Assembly (NCBI GenBank): GCA_964629655.1
Contig: CAZVQU010000001.1
Location: 548,056-612,055 of the forward strand
DNA from: an uncultured Planctomycetia bacterium
Lineage (GTDB): Bacteria; Omnitrophota; Gorgyraeia; Duberdicusellales; 4484-171
Reading direction: 5' to 3'
DNA length: 64,000 nt
Made by a program: the position numbers and the translations under genes. The notes below the pieces were generated by a model, which saw only the letters and a program-made list of their open reading frames with translations, had not been told where the DNA came from and did not search any database. Positions 1 through 12,446 of the stretch are shown here, piece after piece. How positions within the stretch are numbered: position 1 is the first letter of the stretch; every line of letters begins with the position of its first letter.

Positions 1-1249
1 CTTTTTTAATCGTGTACTCAATTGTTCCTTCTAGCTCCTGGCCTAAGAATGGGGTATTGCTAGATTTAGAAGCTATATTTTCTTCTTCTACCTTCCACTT
101 CTGATCTAGATCAGCAATAACTAAATCAGCTATATAGTCTTGGGCAATTTTACCGCACTTATCTAAGCCGATGATAGCTGCCGGTTGAGTTGAAAGTTTA
201 TTAGCCAGGTCTTTTAAGCTAAGGGTTTTGTCCTTAACTAAACGATTGGTTAGAGAAAATGCCAATTCTAAACCGATAAAACCAAAAGGTGCAATCTCAA
301 ATGGTAACTCCTTCTCAGCTAGGGAGTGCGGAGCATGGTCAGTAGCAATACAATCAATTGTTCCCTCTCCCAAGGCTTTCTTTATGGCCGAAAGATCTTT
401 TTTATCTCCCAATGGCGGATTAACTTTTAAGTTTCCCGGAAAACCTTTTTTTTCTATATCATCAATAGTTAAAGTAAAGTAATGGGGGCAAGTTTCAGCA
501 GTAACTTTAACCCCTTCCGCTTTAGCCCTTTTTATTACCTTTAAGCTTCTGGCGCTACTTATATGAGCAAGGTGAATTCTAGCATCTAAATATTTAGCTA
601 ATTCGATATCGCGAGCAACAATTAAGCTCTCAGCAATATCAGGGATACCGGCGATTCCGTATTTAGATGAGATGAAACTCTCGCGCATGCTGCCTCCCCG
701 GGAGAGTTGGCTATCTTCACAGTGAGAGATAATCAGAAGGCCGAACATCTTGGCGTACTCATAGGCCCGACGCAAAACCAAAGTATCGTCTACCGGAAAA
801 CCGTCATCACTTAAAGCAAGGCACCCTGCTCTCTTCAAAGCTCCAAATTCAGTTAATTCTTTGCCAGCTCTGTTTCTGGTTATCGCTCCTACCGGATATA
901 TATCTATGAGCCCAATGCTTTGGCTCTCTTGGCTTATCCACTTAGCTAGGCCTTCATTGTCTATCGCCGGATCAGTATTAGGCATACAGAGAATTGTAGT
1001 AAAGCCTCCTTTAGCGGCGGCATTGGAACCACTTAAAAGATCTTCCTCATTTTCTCTCCCCGGAGTACGTAAGTGAGTATGCAGGTCAATAAATCCTGGA
1101 AAAACATACTTACCCTTAGCGTCTATTTCTTTATCAGCTCCTTTGATGCCTTTGCCAATACCAGCAATTTTCTCATTCTCGATGAGCAAATCAGCCTCGA
1201 TAATCTCATCGGCATTTACTAACTGAGCATTCTTTATTAAAATCTTCAT
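1..1249 (-). CDS. pyrC: dihydroorotase (PyrC), C-terminus truncated by window edge
   Basis: Minus-strand translation from ATG at 1249 reads MKILIKNAQLVNADEIIEADLLIENEKIAGIG...FPGFIDLHTHLRTPG...DHAPH, the amidohydrolase/dihydroorotase signature. The start overlaps the pyrB stop as ATGA. The gene runs off the window at position 1. Confidence 0.85.
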   Translation of the reverse strand, partial: MKILIKNAQLVNADEIIEADLLIENEKIAGIGKGIKGADKEIDAKGKYVFPGFIDLHTHLRTPGRENEEDLLSGSNAAAKGGFTTILCMPNTDPAIDNEGLAKWISQESQSIGLIDIYPVGAITRNRAGKELTEFGALKRAGCLALSDDGFPVDDTLVLRRAYEYAKMFGLLIISHCEDSQLSRGGSMRESFISSKYGIAGIPDIAESLIVARDIELAKYLDARIHLAHISSARSLKVIKRAKAEGVKVTAETCPHYFTLTIDDIEKKGFPGNLKVNPPLGDKKDLSAIKKALGEGTIDCIATDHAPHSLAEKELPFEIAPFGFIGLELAFSLTNRLVKDKTLSLKDLANKLSTQPAAIIGLDKCGKIAQDYIADLVIADLDQKWKVEEENIASKSSNTPFLGQELEGTIEYTIKK

Positions 1250-2187
1250 ATCTCTCTCTTCCTTGTTCCTACCAGATACAATACAGCCATTCTTATGGCT
1301 AGGCCATTCTCAGCCTGTTTCAAGATTAAAGGATGCACTCTTTCTTTTAAGGAAGAACTTATTTCAATATCCCAATTTACTGGCCCAGGATGCATAATCA
1401 AACAGTCTTTCTTTGCCTTTTTTAACCTGGCAGGGGTGAGGCCAAACCTATCTATATATTCTCTTAGAGTAGGAAAGAAAGCAGTACCTTGCCTCTCCTT
1501 TTGGATTCGAAGCATCATAATAATATCAGCTGAGGGTATCTCTTTGTCCAAATTATTAGATATTTTAATCCCTAATTTTTCGAATTCATAAGGCATGAGC
1601 GTAGTTGGCCCGCAAACAGTCACCTTGGAAGAGAATTTTTGAAACCCAAAGATGTTCGAACGAGCTACCCGAGAATGGGCTATGTCGCCGACTATTAAAA
1701 CATTCAACTTCTCCAAAGTCCCCTTAATCTCTTTTACCGTAAACATATCTAAGAGGGCTTGAGTCGGATGCTCATTGCGGCCGTCACCGGCATTTATAAG
1801 TGAGGCTTGAGTATACTTTGTAAAAGAACTCAGACAAACTCCTACTCCTATTCTCATTACCATAATATCAGGGTGATAAGACTCTAAATTCTTTATAGTA
1901 TCAATTATGGTCTCACCCTTGGTTAAGCTGCTGGTAGAAGATGAAAAGTTAACTACATCAGCGCTTAGACGCTTTGCCGCTAGCTCAAAGGAGGTTCTGG
2001 TTCGGGTTGAATGCTCAAAGAAAAAATTAACAATCGTTTTCCCCCGTAGGGCCGGGACCTTTTTAACCTCTCTCTGGGATATCTCCTTGAAAGAATCAGC
2101 CAGAGAAAGTACGGTTTCAAGCTCTTGGCGGCTGAATTCCTTAATCCCTAAAATGTGCTTTTTCTGCCACTCTTCCATCTCAATCAC
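1246..2187 (-). CDS. pyrB: aspartate carbamoyltransferase catalytic subunit
   Basis: 313-aa ORF with the STRTR and HPTQ carbamoyl-phosphate binding motifs. It sits in a pyrR-pyrB-pyrC operon order. Confidence 0.9.
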   Translation of the reverse strand: MIEMEEWQKKHILGIKEFSRQELETVLSLADSFKEISQREVKKVPALRGKTIVNFFFEHSTRTRTSFELAAKRLSADVVNFSSSTSSLTKGETIIDTIKNLESYHPDIMVMRIGVGVCLSSFTKYTQASLINAGDGRNEHPTQALLDMFTVKEIKGTLEKLNVLIVGDIAHSRVARSNIFGFQKFSSKVTVCGPTTLMPYEFEKLGIKISNNLDKEIPSADIIMMLRIQKERQGTAFFPTLREYIDRFGLTPARLKKAKKDCLIMHPGPVNWDIEISSSLKERVHPLILKQAENGLAIRMAVLYLVGTRKREI

Positions 2188-2731
2188 TAGCCTTTATTAC
2201 TACTACCTCGTCAGTCTTGTCGCTTTCCTTTAGGTTCACTTCGACAACTTCTTGGCGTGAGGTAGGAATATTCTTGCCTACATAATCAGCTCTTATCGGT
2301 ACCTCTCTATATCCCCTATCTACCAAGACCAGGAACTCAACCCTCTTGGGCCTGCCAAAATCCATAATTTCATTTAAGGCTGCCCGGGCAGTCCGGCCGG
2401 TGTAAAGAACATCATCAACAAGGATTACCACCTTGTCACTTAAATCAAAAGCGAGTTTGGTCTCCTTTACTATTGGCGTAGGGCCAATAGCAGTTAGGTC
2501 ATCCCTGTAAAGAGTAATATCCAACACCCCCAAGGGAACATCTTTACCTTCTATCTCTTTTATTATCGATTGGATTCTTCTGGCTAGATAAACTCCCCGG
2601 GTTTGGATGCCGACAAGAGCTAACTCTTCAGAGGAAGAGATCTTCTCTAAAATTTGGTGAGCGAGACGATAGAGTGTTCTCTTAATGTCGTCTTGGGAGA
2701 GTATTTTCTTCTTTTCCTTGTGACTACTCAT
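2180..2731 (-). CDS. pyrR: bifunctional pyrimidine operon regulator / uracil phosphoribosyltransferase PyrR
   Basis: 183 aa with the PRTase motif VLVDDVLYTGRTARAAL. It lies upstream of pyrB and overlaps it by 8 nt. Confidence 0.9.
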   Translation of the reverse strand: MSSHKEKKKILSQDDIKRTLYRLAHQILEKISSSEELALVGIQTRGVYLARRIQSIIKEIEGKDVPLGVLDITLYRDDLTAIGPTPIVKETKLAFDLSDKVVILVDDVLYTGRTARAALNEIMDFGRPKRVEFLVLVDRGYREVPIRADYVGKNIPTSRQEVVEVNLKESDKTDEVVVIKASD

Positions 2732-2737
2732 AAAAAT

Positions 2738-2830
2738 AAAAAAACCGTTCCAGCTTTATGCTAAAACGGCCCACTTTTTGAGATTCTTTAAAGTTTCTCA
2801 TAATATGTCCTTGTCGGCCTCACTGGACCG
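2738..2830 (-). promoter_or_regulatory. candidate pyr attenuator: PyrR-binding loop plus intrinsic terminator in the pyrR leader
   Basis: The minus-strand RNA would contain GGUCCAGUGAGGCCG (plus 2815-2830), resembling the PyrR binding-loop consensus UCCAGAGAGGCU. Downstream is the hairpin CCGUUUUAGCAUAAAGCUGGAACGG followed by UUUUUUU (plus 2738-2769), directly before the pyrR ATG. Confidence 0.45.
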
Positions 2831-2964
2831 ACTTAAAGGCTACATAATATATACCTTATCTGAGATATTTTGTCAAGACAAATCTACGAAAGTAGATCTG
2901 TCTTTATCCTGAGGCTGCCAAGCTGAAGGATCTTATCGTTAAAACCCTTATTTTGCAGGCTCTT

Positions 2965-3639
2965 TTACCCTTTACCCTTGCGGTTATCTATAGCTATAAC
3001 AAACTCGCCCTTGGGTTGTTTTTTGCTAAAATGGCCGATAGCCTCATCTACCCCGACCTCAAGAACCTCTTCGAACTTCTTGGTCATCTCGCGAGCAATA
3101 ACTACCCGGACCTTGCCCAAAACCTCTCCTATCAATTTCAATGATTTTAGAATCCGGTAAGGAGATTCAAAAAAAACCAGAGCGAGATCCCATTCTTTTA
3201 CTCTTTCTAGTAATTTTTTCTGAGCGCTTCCTTTGCGCGGCATATAGCCTAGGAAAACAAACTTGTCATGTGGTATTGAAGACAAAGCTAAACAATTAAT
3301 AATACTGCTCGGTCCAGGCAAAGAGGTAACCGGGATGTCTTCTTCTCTACAAGCCCTTATTAATTTATACCCCGGGTCTGATATGGTTGGCGTGCCGGCG
3401 CTTGAAACCAGGGCGATATCTTTTCCTTTTTTTAGCTCCTCGATAACCAAAGGTATTTTTCTTATCTCGTTGTGCTCATAGAAACTAACTAAATCCTTTT
3501 TTATATTCAAGCGCTTTAGGAGCATTCCGGTCTTTCTGGTATCTTCAGCTAAGACGAGACTAACCTCTGCTAAAACCCGGCAAGCCCGCACGGTAATATC
3601 TTCTAAATTCCCAATAGGAGTAGCGACTATATATAGCAT
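2965..3639 (-). CDS. rsmI: 16S rRNA (cytidine1402-2'-O)-methyltransferase RsmI (tetrapyrrole methylase family)
   Basis: 224 aa starting MLYIVATPIGNLEDITVRA with a TP_methylase fold signature. Confidence 0.8.
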   Translation of the reverse strand: MLYIVATPIGNLEDITVRACRVLAEVSLVLAEDTRKTGMLLKRLNIKKDLVSFYEHNEIRKIPLVIEELKKGKDIALVSSAGTPTISDPGYKLIRACREEDIPVTSLPGPSSIINCLALSSIPHDKFVFLGYMPRKGSAQKKLLERVKEWDLALVFFESPYRILKSLKLIGEVLGKVRVVIAREMTKKFEEVLEVGVDEAIGHFSKKQPKGEFVIAIDNRKGKG

Positions 3640-3654
3640 TTTGTTTTGTGTTTA

Positions 3655-5484
3655 TTATTCTACGGTAACTGACTTTGCAAGATTTCGTGGTTGGTCTATT
3701 TCGCAGCCTCTATTCTTAGCCACAAAGTAAGCAAATAGCTGTAGACTTACCGCTACCAGAAAAGGGCTTAGGTCTTGATTTATAATTTTAGGAATGTAGA
3801 TTATCTGATGGCTTAAAGTGCTTGCCTCTTTGTCTCCCGCATTAAGTACTGTCAAGACCTTACCTTTTCTCGCCTTTACCTCTTGTATATTAGCAACCAT
3901 CTTCTCGTAGAGTGAGCCCCTGGGAGCAATGCAGACGACTGCCCGATACTCGTCGATTAAAGCAATCGGCCCATGCTTCATTTCGCCGGCTGGATAACCT
4001 TCGGCGGGGATGTAAGAAATCTCTTTTAGCTTTAAAGCCCCTTCTAAGGCTGAAGGGTAATTTATGCCCCGGCCCAAGAATAAAAACGAACCGAACCTTG
4101 AGAACTTATTAGCAATTCTCTTGACCTTTGGACTAGTATTTAAAATCTCTTGGAGATACTGCGGGGTTTTCTTTAAACCGCTTAAGGTCTCTTGGATCTC
4201 TCCTCTCCTCATTGCCTTACTTAACTTAGCTAAGTAGAGAGAGAATAGATAGAGACAAAAAACTTGAGCAGTGTAAGCTTTAGTTGAAGCAACACCAATT
4301 TCGGGACCGGCTAAGGTAGAAATAACGCTATCGCTCTCTTTAACTAAACTTGAGCCCAGAACATTGCAGATACTTAATATCTTTGCCCCAGATTTCTTAG
4401 CTTCTCTCACTGCCGCTAAAGTATCCGCTGTCTCCCCGGATTGAGAAATGGCTAAAAGCAGATCCTCCTTTCTTATTTTAAGTCTTCGGTAGCGAAATTC
4501 TGAAGAAGTATCTATCTCAACATCTATATCGCAATACTTCTCAAGGAAATACTTAGCTATATAGCCGGCATGATAAGCGGTCCCACAGGCAGTTATGAAA
4601 ACTTTTTTTATCTTTTTTAGATAGTTATCGGAAAGCTTAAAGCCGGGAAAGTGCACCCTCGAGCCTTTACAATACAAAGAGAGAATCTTTCGCAAAACCG
4701 CCGGTTGCTCGAAAATCTCTTTGAGCATAAAGTGCTCATATCCTTTTTTCTCTGCTTCCTCTAGCTTTACCGTAACATTTTCTACCTTTGGCCTTAATAC
4801 TTTTTTCTGAAAATCAAATACTCTCACCCTCCCCTTCTCAAGAACCGCTAGTTCTTGATCTTTTAGATAAATAACTTTCTTGGTAAAGGAGAGTAAGGCC
4901 GGAATATCTGAGGCTAAGAAATTGCCTTCCTTGCTTAAACCAACAATCAAGGGGCTGGCTTTTCTAACAGCAACAAGTTTATCGGGCTCATCAACAGAAA
5001 CTACTCCCAAGGCGAATGACCCTTCTAGCTTGCTTATTGCTTTAAGAACAGCGTCTTCGAGAGATTTCTTATAAAACTTTTCGATTAAATGGACTACGAC
5101 CTCGGTATCGGTTTCACTTAGAAACTTATACCCCTCTTTAACTAGTTGCTCCTTTAAGGGAAGAAAGTTTTCAATGATTCCGTTATGGACAATAGCAATT
5201 CTTTTTTTGGAATCTAGATGCGGGTGGGCATTAGTCTTGTTCGGCCTACCATGAGTTGCCCAACGAGTATGCAAGATGCCAAGAGATGTCTTTGCGTCTA
5301 GCTTACCTCTTAGCTCCTCTTTCAGCTTCTGAATCTTACCGAATCGTTTCTTTAAAAAAAGTTTCTGCCTGTCTATCGCAGCGACTCCACAAGAGTCATA
5401 CCCTCTATACTCTAGCCGCGATAAACCCTCAACCAGCAAAGAGAATGATATTCCTTTGCCTACGTACCCAAAAATCCCACACAT
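3655..5484 (-). CDS. glmS: glutamine--fructose-6-phosphate aminotransferase
   Basis: 609 aa starting MCGIFGY (N-terminal nucleophile Cys) and carrying two SIS domains. The C-terminal ...KSVTVE is typical of GlmS. Confidence 0.95.
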   Translation of the reverse strand: MCGIFGYVGKGISFSLLVEGLSRLEYRGYDSCGVAAIDRQKLFLKKRFGKIQKLKEELRGKLDAKTSLGILHTRWATHGRPNKTNAHPHLDSKKRIAIVHNGIIENFLPLKEQLVKEGYKFLSETDTEVVVHLIEKFYKKSLEDAVLKAISKLEGSFALGVVSVDEPDKLVAVRKASPLIVGLSKEGNFLASDIPALLSFTKKVIYLKDQELAVLEKGRVRVFDFQKKVLRPKVENVTVKLEEAEKKGYEHFMLKEIFEQPAVLRKILSLYCKGSRVHFPGFKLSDNYLKKIKKVFITACGTAYHAGYIAKYFLEKYCDIDVEIDTSSEFRYRRLKIRKEDLLLAISQSGETADTLAAVREAKKSGAKILSICNVLGSSLVKESDSVISTLAGPEIGVASTKAYTAQVFCLYLFSLYLAKLSKAMRRGEIQETLSGLKKTPQYLQEILNTSPKVKRIANKFSRFGSFLFLGRGINYPSALEGALKLKEISYIPAEGYPAGEMKHGPIALIDEYRAVVCIAPRGSLYEKMVANIQEVKARKGKVLTVLNAGDKEASTLSHQIIYIPKIINQDLSPFLVAVSLQLFAYFVAKNRGCEIDQPRNLAKSVTVE

Positions 5485-5960
5485 TATTTCTTCTCCTCTG
5501 CCTCTTTCTTTTTCCGAGGAAGAACAAACAGCTTCTCAACATCTTTGTTGGTAAGATAAAGAATGAGTACGCCCGGATATATTATCTGCAAAAGGGCACT
5601 ATTAATTAATGAAGACTGAAATAAGACTGATATCGCGGCTAAGATAACCAAAAAGAAAGAAAAGTAAAGAGTAAGGCGGCGACCCCACTCTTTGCGGTTC
5701 AGGATTCCCCATCCTGAAGCCAGGAATATTCCGGCTAAAATTATTTGTGATAAGATAACTGACTTAAATTGCCCCATAGTTAGAGTTTTATCGGGGAGGT
5801 GTTTACTAAACTCATCCAAAAGAGCTTTGCCGGTCTCAGAAGTTGGATCACTGTAAACAAGAAAGAAAAACCCTAGAGAGAGAACTCCGAGTATAACAAA
5901 GTTAAACCCCCCCAAAATTAATATACCTAAAGGTTTCTTCTTTCCTTGCGTCTCTTGCAT
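5484..5960 (-). CDS. hypothetical polytopic membrane protein
   Basis: 158-aa ORF with 4 predicted hydrophobic helices and a Lys/Glu-rich tail. No recognisable domain. Confidence 0.45.
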   Translation of the reverse strand: MQETQGKKKPLGILILGGFNFVILGVLSLGFFFLVYSDPTSETGKALLDEFSKHLPDKTLTMGQFKSVILSQIILAGIFLASGWGILNRKEWGRRLTLYFSFFLVILAAISVLFQSSLINSALLQIIYPGVLILYLTNKDVEKLFVLPRKKKEAEEKK

Positions 5961-5988
5961 TTCTTAGGCCCCTATAAAAATAAAAAAG

Positions 5989-6063
5989 CGACCCCAGCCG
6001 GATTTGAACCGGCGCCGTCGCCGTGAAAGGGCGATGTCCTGGACCGGGCTAGACGATGGGGTC
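5989..6063 (-). tRNA. tRNA-Glu (anticodon TTC)
   Basis: The reverse complement folds as a cloverleaf: acceptor stem GACCCCA / TGGGGTC, anticodon loop CUUUCAC, T-loop GGTTCAAATCC. CCA is not encoded. Confidence 0.8.
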
Positions 6064-6158
6064 GAAAGTGTTTCTATTTTAGATTATACAGTTAATTTGT
6101 CAATAAACTTTCTCGGGTCGCTAACCACGCTACTAATCAACATCTAACAGGCTACCCT

Positions 6159-8600
6159 CTACTCTTCGGGAACAATTCTAGCGATAGTTGAAAGTTTATC
6201 GCCTTTCTCCAGATTGATTATCCTGACCCCTTGGGTTGAACGGCCGGAAACTCGTATATCCTGGACTTTTGTCCGGATAAGAATTCCCTTCTGGGTAATA
6301 CACATTACTTCATCATCCGCTCTAACCAAAACTAAAGCCCTTACCTCTCCTATCTTGGAAGAGAGTTTTATGTTGATTACTCCCTTACCGCCCCTGGATT
6401 GCAAACGGTACTCTTGGACCAGGGTTCTTTTAGCAAACCCATTTTCAGTAGCTGTAAGAAGATAGAAGTCTTCCTTTTTGAGTGCTGCCTTAACCAAAAC
6501 CATCTCTAAGGCGATGTCTTTTTTAGATAGCCTTATGCCTCTGACGCCTTGCGATTGTCTACCAGTAGGCCTTATATCGCTACTCTTAAATTTTATTGAG
6601 ATACCTCCTTGGGTAGCTAAGATAACTTCTTCTTCTCCACCGCAGATTCCAGCGCCGACAAGATTGTCGTCTTTGCCTAAACTAATAGCAAATATTCCGC
6701 CCTTGCGCATGTTCGAGAATAGCCCTAAGGATGTTCTTTTAACCATACCTTCTTGGGTGGCCATGAAGATAAATTTCTCAGGGTCGAATTCCGATATAGA
6801 TAAGACTGTAGTAATTCTCTCTTTACCGGAGAGACTTAAGAGATTAACAATGGCTCTGCCTTTGGAAGTTCGGGATCCGGTAGGAACTTCATAGGTCTTA
6901 AAAGGATAGATCTTGCCTTGGTTAGTAAAGAATAAAAGAGTATCTTTGCTTGAGGCAACAAAAAGATGTTCAACGAAGTCCTCTTCGGCAGTAGCCATGG
7001 CAGTAACTCCTCTGCCACCTCTTTTTTGTTGCCGGTAGGTAACCAGAGGCATTCTCTTGATATAGCCTGAACCGGTTATACTGATAACCATATCCTCTTC
7101 AATGATCAAATCTTCAACTTCTATTTCCTCTTTTTGAGCTACGATTTCTGTGCGCCGAGGGTCAGCAAACTTCTCTTTTATCTCTTTTAATTCTTCCTTT
7201 ATTAAAGCTTCTTGCTTCTTCTCTGAAGCCAGTATGCCTTTTAAAATCTCTATTTGCTTTAAGAGCTCTAAATACTCCTGGTCTATTTTTTTCCTCTCCA
7301 AGGCGCAAAGCCTCTGTAGTTGCATCTCTAAAATTGCTTGGGCCTGGACATCAGTGAGCTTGAACTTCTTTATCAAGGCTAGCTTTGCCTCTTGGGGATT
7401 CTTAGATTTTTTAATTGTCTCGATTACCCTATCAAGAAACTTTAAGGCTATTTTTAAACCTTCTAAGATGTGGGCCCTTTTTTCAGCCTTATCGAGTTCG
7501 AACTTACTCCTTTTTACGATAACTTCTTTGCGGAAATGAATATGGTGGAAGAGCATTTCTTTTAGATCCAAAGTCTGGGGTTTACGGTTTACTAAGCATA
7601 AGAAGATTGCCCCAAAAGTTGTCTCCATGCTAGTATGCTTATGAAGACGGTTTAAAATTATATCAGCTTGTGCATCACGCTTAAGCTCTAAAACTATTCT
7701 TATACCCTCTTTGTCTGACTCATCACGAAGATCAGAAATTCCTTCCACCCTCTTGTCAGTAATAAGCTTTGCTATCTGCTCCATAAGGGTAGTTTTGTTT
7801 AGCTGATAAGGAATTTCGGTAATGATAATTTGGCTCTTGTTCTTTTCGCGCTCAATTGTTGTCTTGGCTCTAACCGTAAGCTTACCTCTGCCCTCTTTAT
7901 ACATATCTAAGATATTGGTTCTTCCGCAGATTATTCCGCCAGTAGGAAAATCCGGCCCCTTAACATATTTGTAGAGATCTTTCACTGAAGCCTTGGGGTT
8001 ATCTATCAAATAATCTAAAGCATCGCAGACCTCTCCTAAATTATGCGGCGGGATGTTGGTTGCCATTCCGACAGCAATACCGCTTGCACCATTCATCAAC
8101 ATGTTTGGCAGCACTGATGGCAATACTTCCGGTTCGGTTAAAGAGTTGTCGAAATTAGGGAAGAAATTAACTGTCTTCTTGTCAATATCTTGAAGGATAT
8201 ACTCGGTTATCCGAGACATCCGGGCTTCAGAATAACGCATGGCTGCCGGCGGGTCTCCGTCGATAGATCCAAAGTTACCTTGACCATTTATCAAAGGATA
8301 GCGCAGAGAGAAATCCTGAGCCATTCTAACTAAGGCTTCATAAACCGCACTGTCACCATGAGGATGGTATTTACCTAAACATTCACCAACTATTCTTGCA
8401 CATTTTTTATGAGGTTGGTTGTAGCGCAGATGCAGATCCTGCATAGCATAGAGAATTCTTCTCTGTACTGGTTTTAGACCGTCTCTAATGTCCGGTAGGG
8501 CTCTGCCGACGATTACGCTCATCGCATAAGAGAGGTAAGATTCTTTCATCTCCTCTTCTAAATACCTATCGATGATTTTTTCTTTAAATCTTTCGTCCAT
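6159..8600 (-). CDS. gyrA: DNA gyrase subunit A
   Basis: 813 aa carrying the QRRILYAM and active-site Tyr region motifs. It lies immediately downstream of gyrB. Confidence 0.95.
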   Translation of the reverse strand: MDERFKEKIIDRYLEEEMKESYLSYAMSVIVGRALPDIRDGLKPVQRRILYAMQDLHLRYNQPHKKCARIVGECLGKYHPHGDSAVYEALVRMAQDFSLRYPLINGQGNFGSIDGDPPAAMRYSEARMSRITEYILQDIDKKTVNFFPNFDNSLTEPEVLPSVLPNMLMNGASGIAVGMATNIPPHNLGEVCDALDYLIDNPKASVKDLYKYVKGPDFPTGGIICGRTNILDMYKEGRGKLTVRAKTTIEREKNKSQIIITEIPYQLNKTTLMEQIAKLITDKRVEGISDLRDESDKEGIRIVLELKRDAQADIILNRLHKHTSMETTFGAIFLCLVNRKPQTLDLKEMLFHHIHFRKEVIVKRSKFELDKAEKRAHILEGLKIALKFLDRVIETIKKSKNPQEAKLALIKKFKLTDVQAQAILEMQLQRLCALERKKIDQEYLELLKQIEILKGILASEKKQEALIKEELKEIKEKFADPRRTEIVAQKEEIEVEDLIIEEDMVISITGSGYIKRMPLVTYRQQKRGGRGVTAMATAEEDFVEHLFVASSKDTLLFFTNQGKIYPFKTYEVPTGSRTSKGRAIVNLLSLSGKERITTVLSISEFDPEKFIFMATQEGMVKRTSLGLFSNMRKGGIFAISLGKDDNLVGAGICGGEEEVILATQGGISIKFKSSDIRPTGRQSQGVRGIRLSKKDIALEMVLVKAALKKEDFYLLTATENGFAKRTLVQEYRLQSRGGKGVINIKLSSKIGEVRALVLVRADDEVMCITQKGILIRTKVQDIRVSGRSTQGVRIINLEKGDKLSTIARIVPEE

Positions 8601-8617
8601 TATCTATATCTTTTTGG

Positions 8618-11247
<2,630 letters not shown>

Positions 11248-11253
11248 AGCTAA

Positions 11254-12351
11254 TTATGGTTTCATTGGAAGGAGAAGGTATATATACCCCTCTTTTCTCA
11301 ATACGGCTGGCTTATCAGCACCAAAAAAATCAATACAAACCTCTTCGTCGCCCAAATTCTTTAGGGCATCTATTAAATAGTTAGGGTTAAACCCTATCTC
11401 AAGGTGGGCCCCGCTATAATGAACATCTACTGTTTCTCTCACCTCTCCCAATTGAGGTGTGTTTTTGTAGATATTTATATGGTCTTTTTTTAGCTCTAGT
11501 TTTACTCCCTGATGGTCAGTTGTTGAGAGCAAACTAGCCCTCTTCAAAGCAAAGAGTAGTTTTTTCCTCTCAACCACAAGTTTATCTTTACCTTCCTTAG
11601 GGATATATTGTGAGTAATCCGGAAATTCTCCTTCTATCGGCCGGGCAATAAAGTGGGTGTCTTTAAAGTCAAAACCAACCCTGTTGCCTTCCACAGATAG
11701 GTAAGCCTCTTCCACCTTGTCCTTTATTAGTTTTTGCAATTCGTTTACGGCTTTAATCGGAAGGATAAAGGATATTTTTGAGGTTAGCTCTGGTTGTTTG
11801 GGGGGCAGCTTCTTCTGAGCAAACGATAGCCTCTTGCCGTCAGTAGAAATTAACTTTATCTTGCTCTGGTCTATCTCAAAAAGGATGCCTCCTAAAACAT
11901 AGCTAGAATCTTCGTGCCCGACGCAGAACGAGGTTAGCTTAATCATTTCTTCCAATTCTTGAGGGTCTACCTTTATTAAAGATACCCCCCCTTTCTCTTC
12001 GATTTTGGGGAATTCCTCAGCATTTAGAGTGCTCACCTTAAACTCAATTTTTTCACATCTTATCAAGAGGTTGTTTTTGACTTTTTCAATGGTTATTTTC
12101 TCTGGTGGGAGCTCCCGGATAATTGAGAAAAATTTCTTCATTGGGATGGCTACTTCCCCTGGCTCGATTTCTCCAAGCCCTTGTAAAGATATTGTGGTTA
12201 TGTCTAAATCGGTGGTGGTAAATTTTAAATTATTTTTTGTAGCAGTTAGAAGAACACTGCTTAACATAGGAAAGTTCTGCTTGGTTGTTGTTGGTCCCAA
12301 CACCTTCTGTAGATTCTCTACTAATATATCTTTATTAATAATAAACTTCAT
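11254..12351 (-). CDS. dnaN: DNA polymerase III beta sliding clamp
   Basis: 365 aa, MKFIINKDILVENLQKV... with the three-domain beta-clamp pattern. It lies immediately downstream of dnaA. Confidence 0.9.
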   Translation of the reverse strand: MKFIINKDILVENLQKVLGPTTTKQNFPMLSSVLLTATKNNLKFTTTDLDITTISLQGLGEIEPGEVAIPMKKFFSIIRELPPEKITIEKVKNNLLIRCEKIEFKVSTLNAEEFPKIEEKGGVSLIKVDPQELEEMIKLTSFCVGHEDSSYVLGGILFEIDQSKIKLISTDGKRLSFAQKKLPPKQPELTSKISFILPIKAVNELQKLIKDKVEEAYLSVEGNRVGFDFKDTHFIARPIEGEFPDYSQYIPKEGKDKLVVERKKLLFALKRASLLSTTDHQGVKLELKKDHINIYKNTPQLGEVRETVDVHYSGAHLEIGFNPNYLIDALKNLGDEEVCIDFFGADKPAVLRKEGYIYLLLPMKP

Positions 12352-12429
12352 AGTAGTAATAGTAGTATACTCTGTGAATTCTGTTGAGAGGCCACTATTG
12401 TATCAAAACCAAAGACAAAAACAAACAAT

Positions 12430-12438
12430 TTATTCACA
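12430..12438. promoter_or_regulatory. DnaA-box-like 9-mer (TTATTCACA) in the dnaA-dnaN intergenic region
   Basis: One mismatch from the TTATCCACA consensus. Confidence 0.4.
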
Positions 12439-12446
12439 AAAATTCT

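Noticed and set aside
6214-7539. Several 60-140-aa plus-strand ORFs (6214-6465, 6478-6894, 7150-7539)
   Set aside because: All lie inside and antisense to gyrA, a highly conserved gene. They are frame-shadow ORFs.
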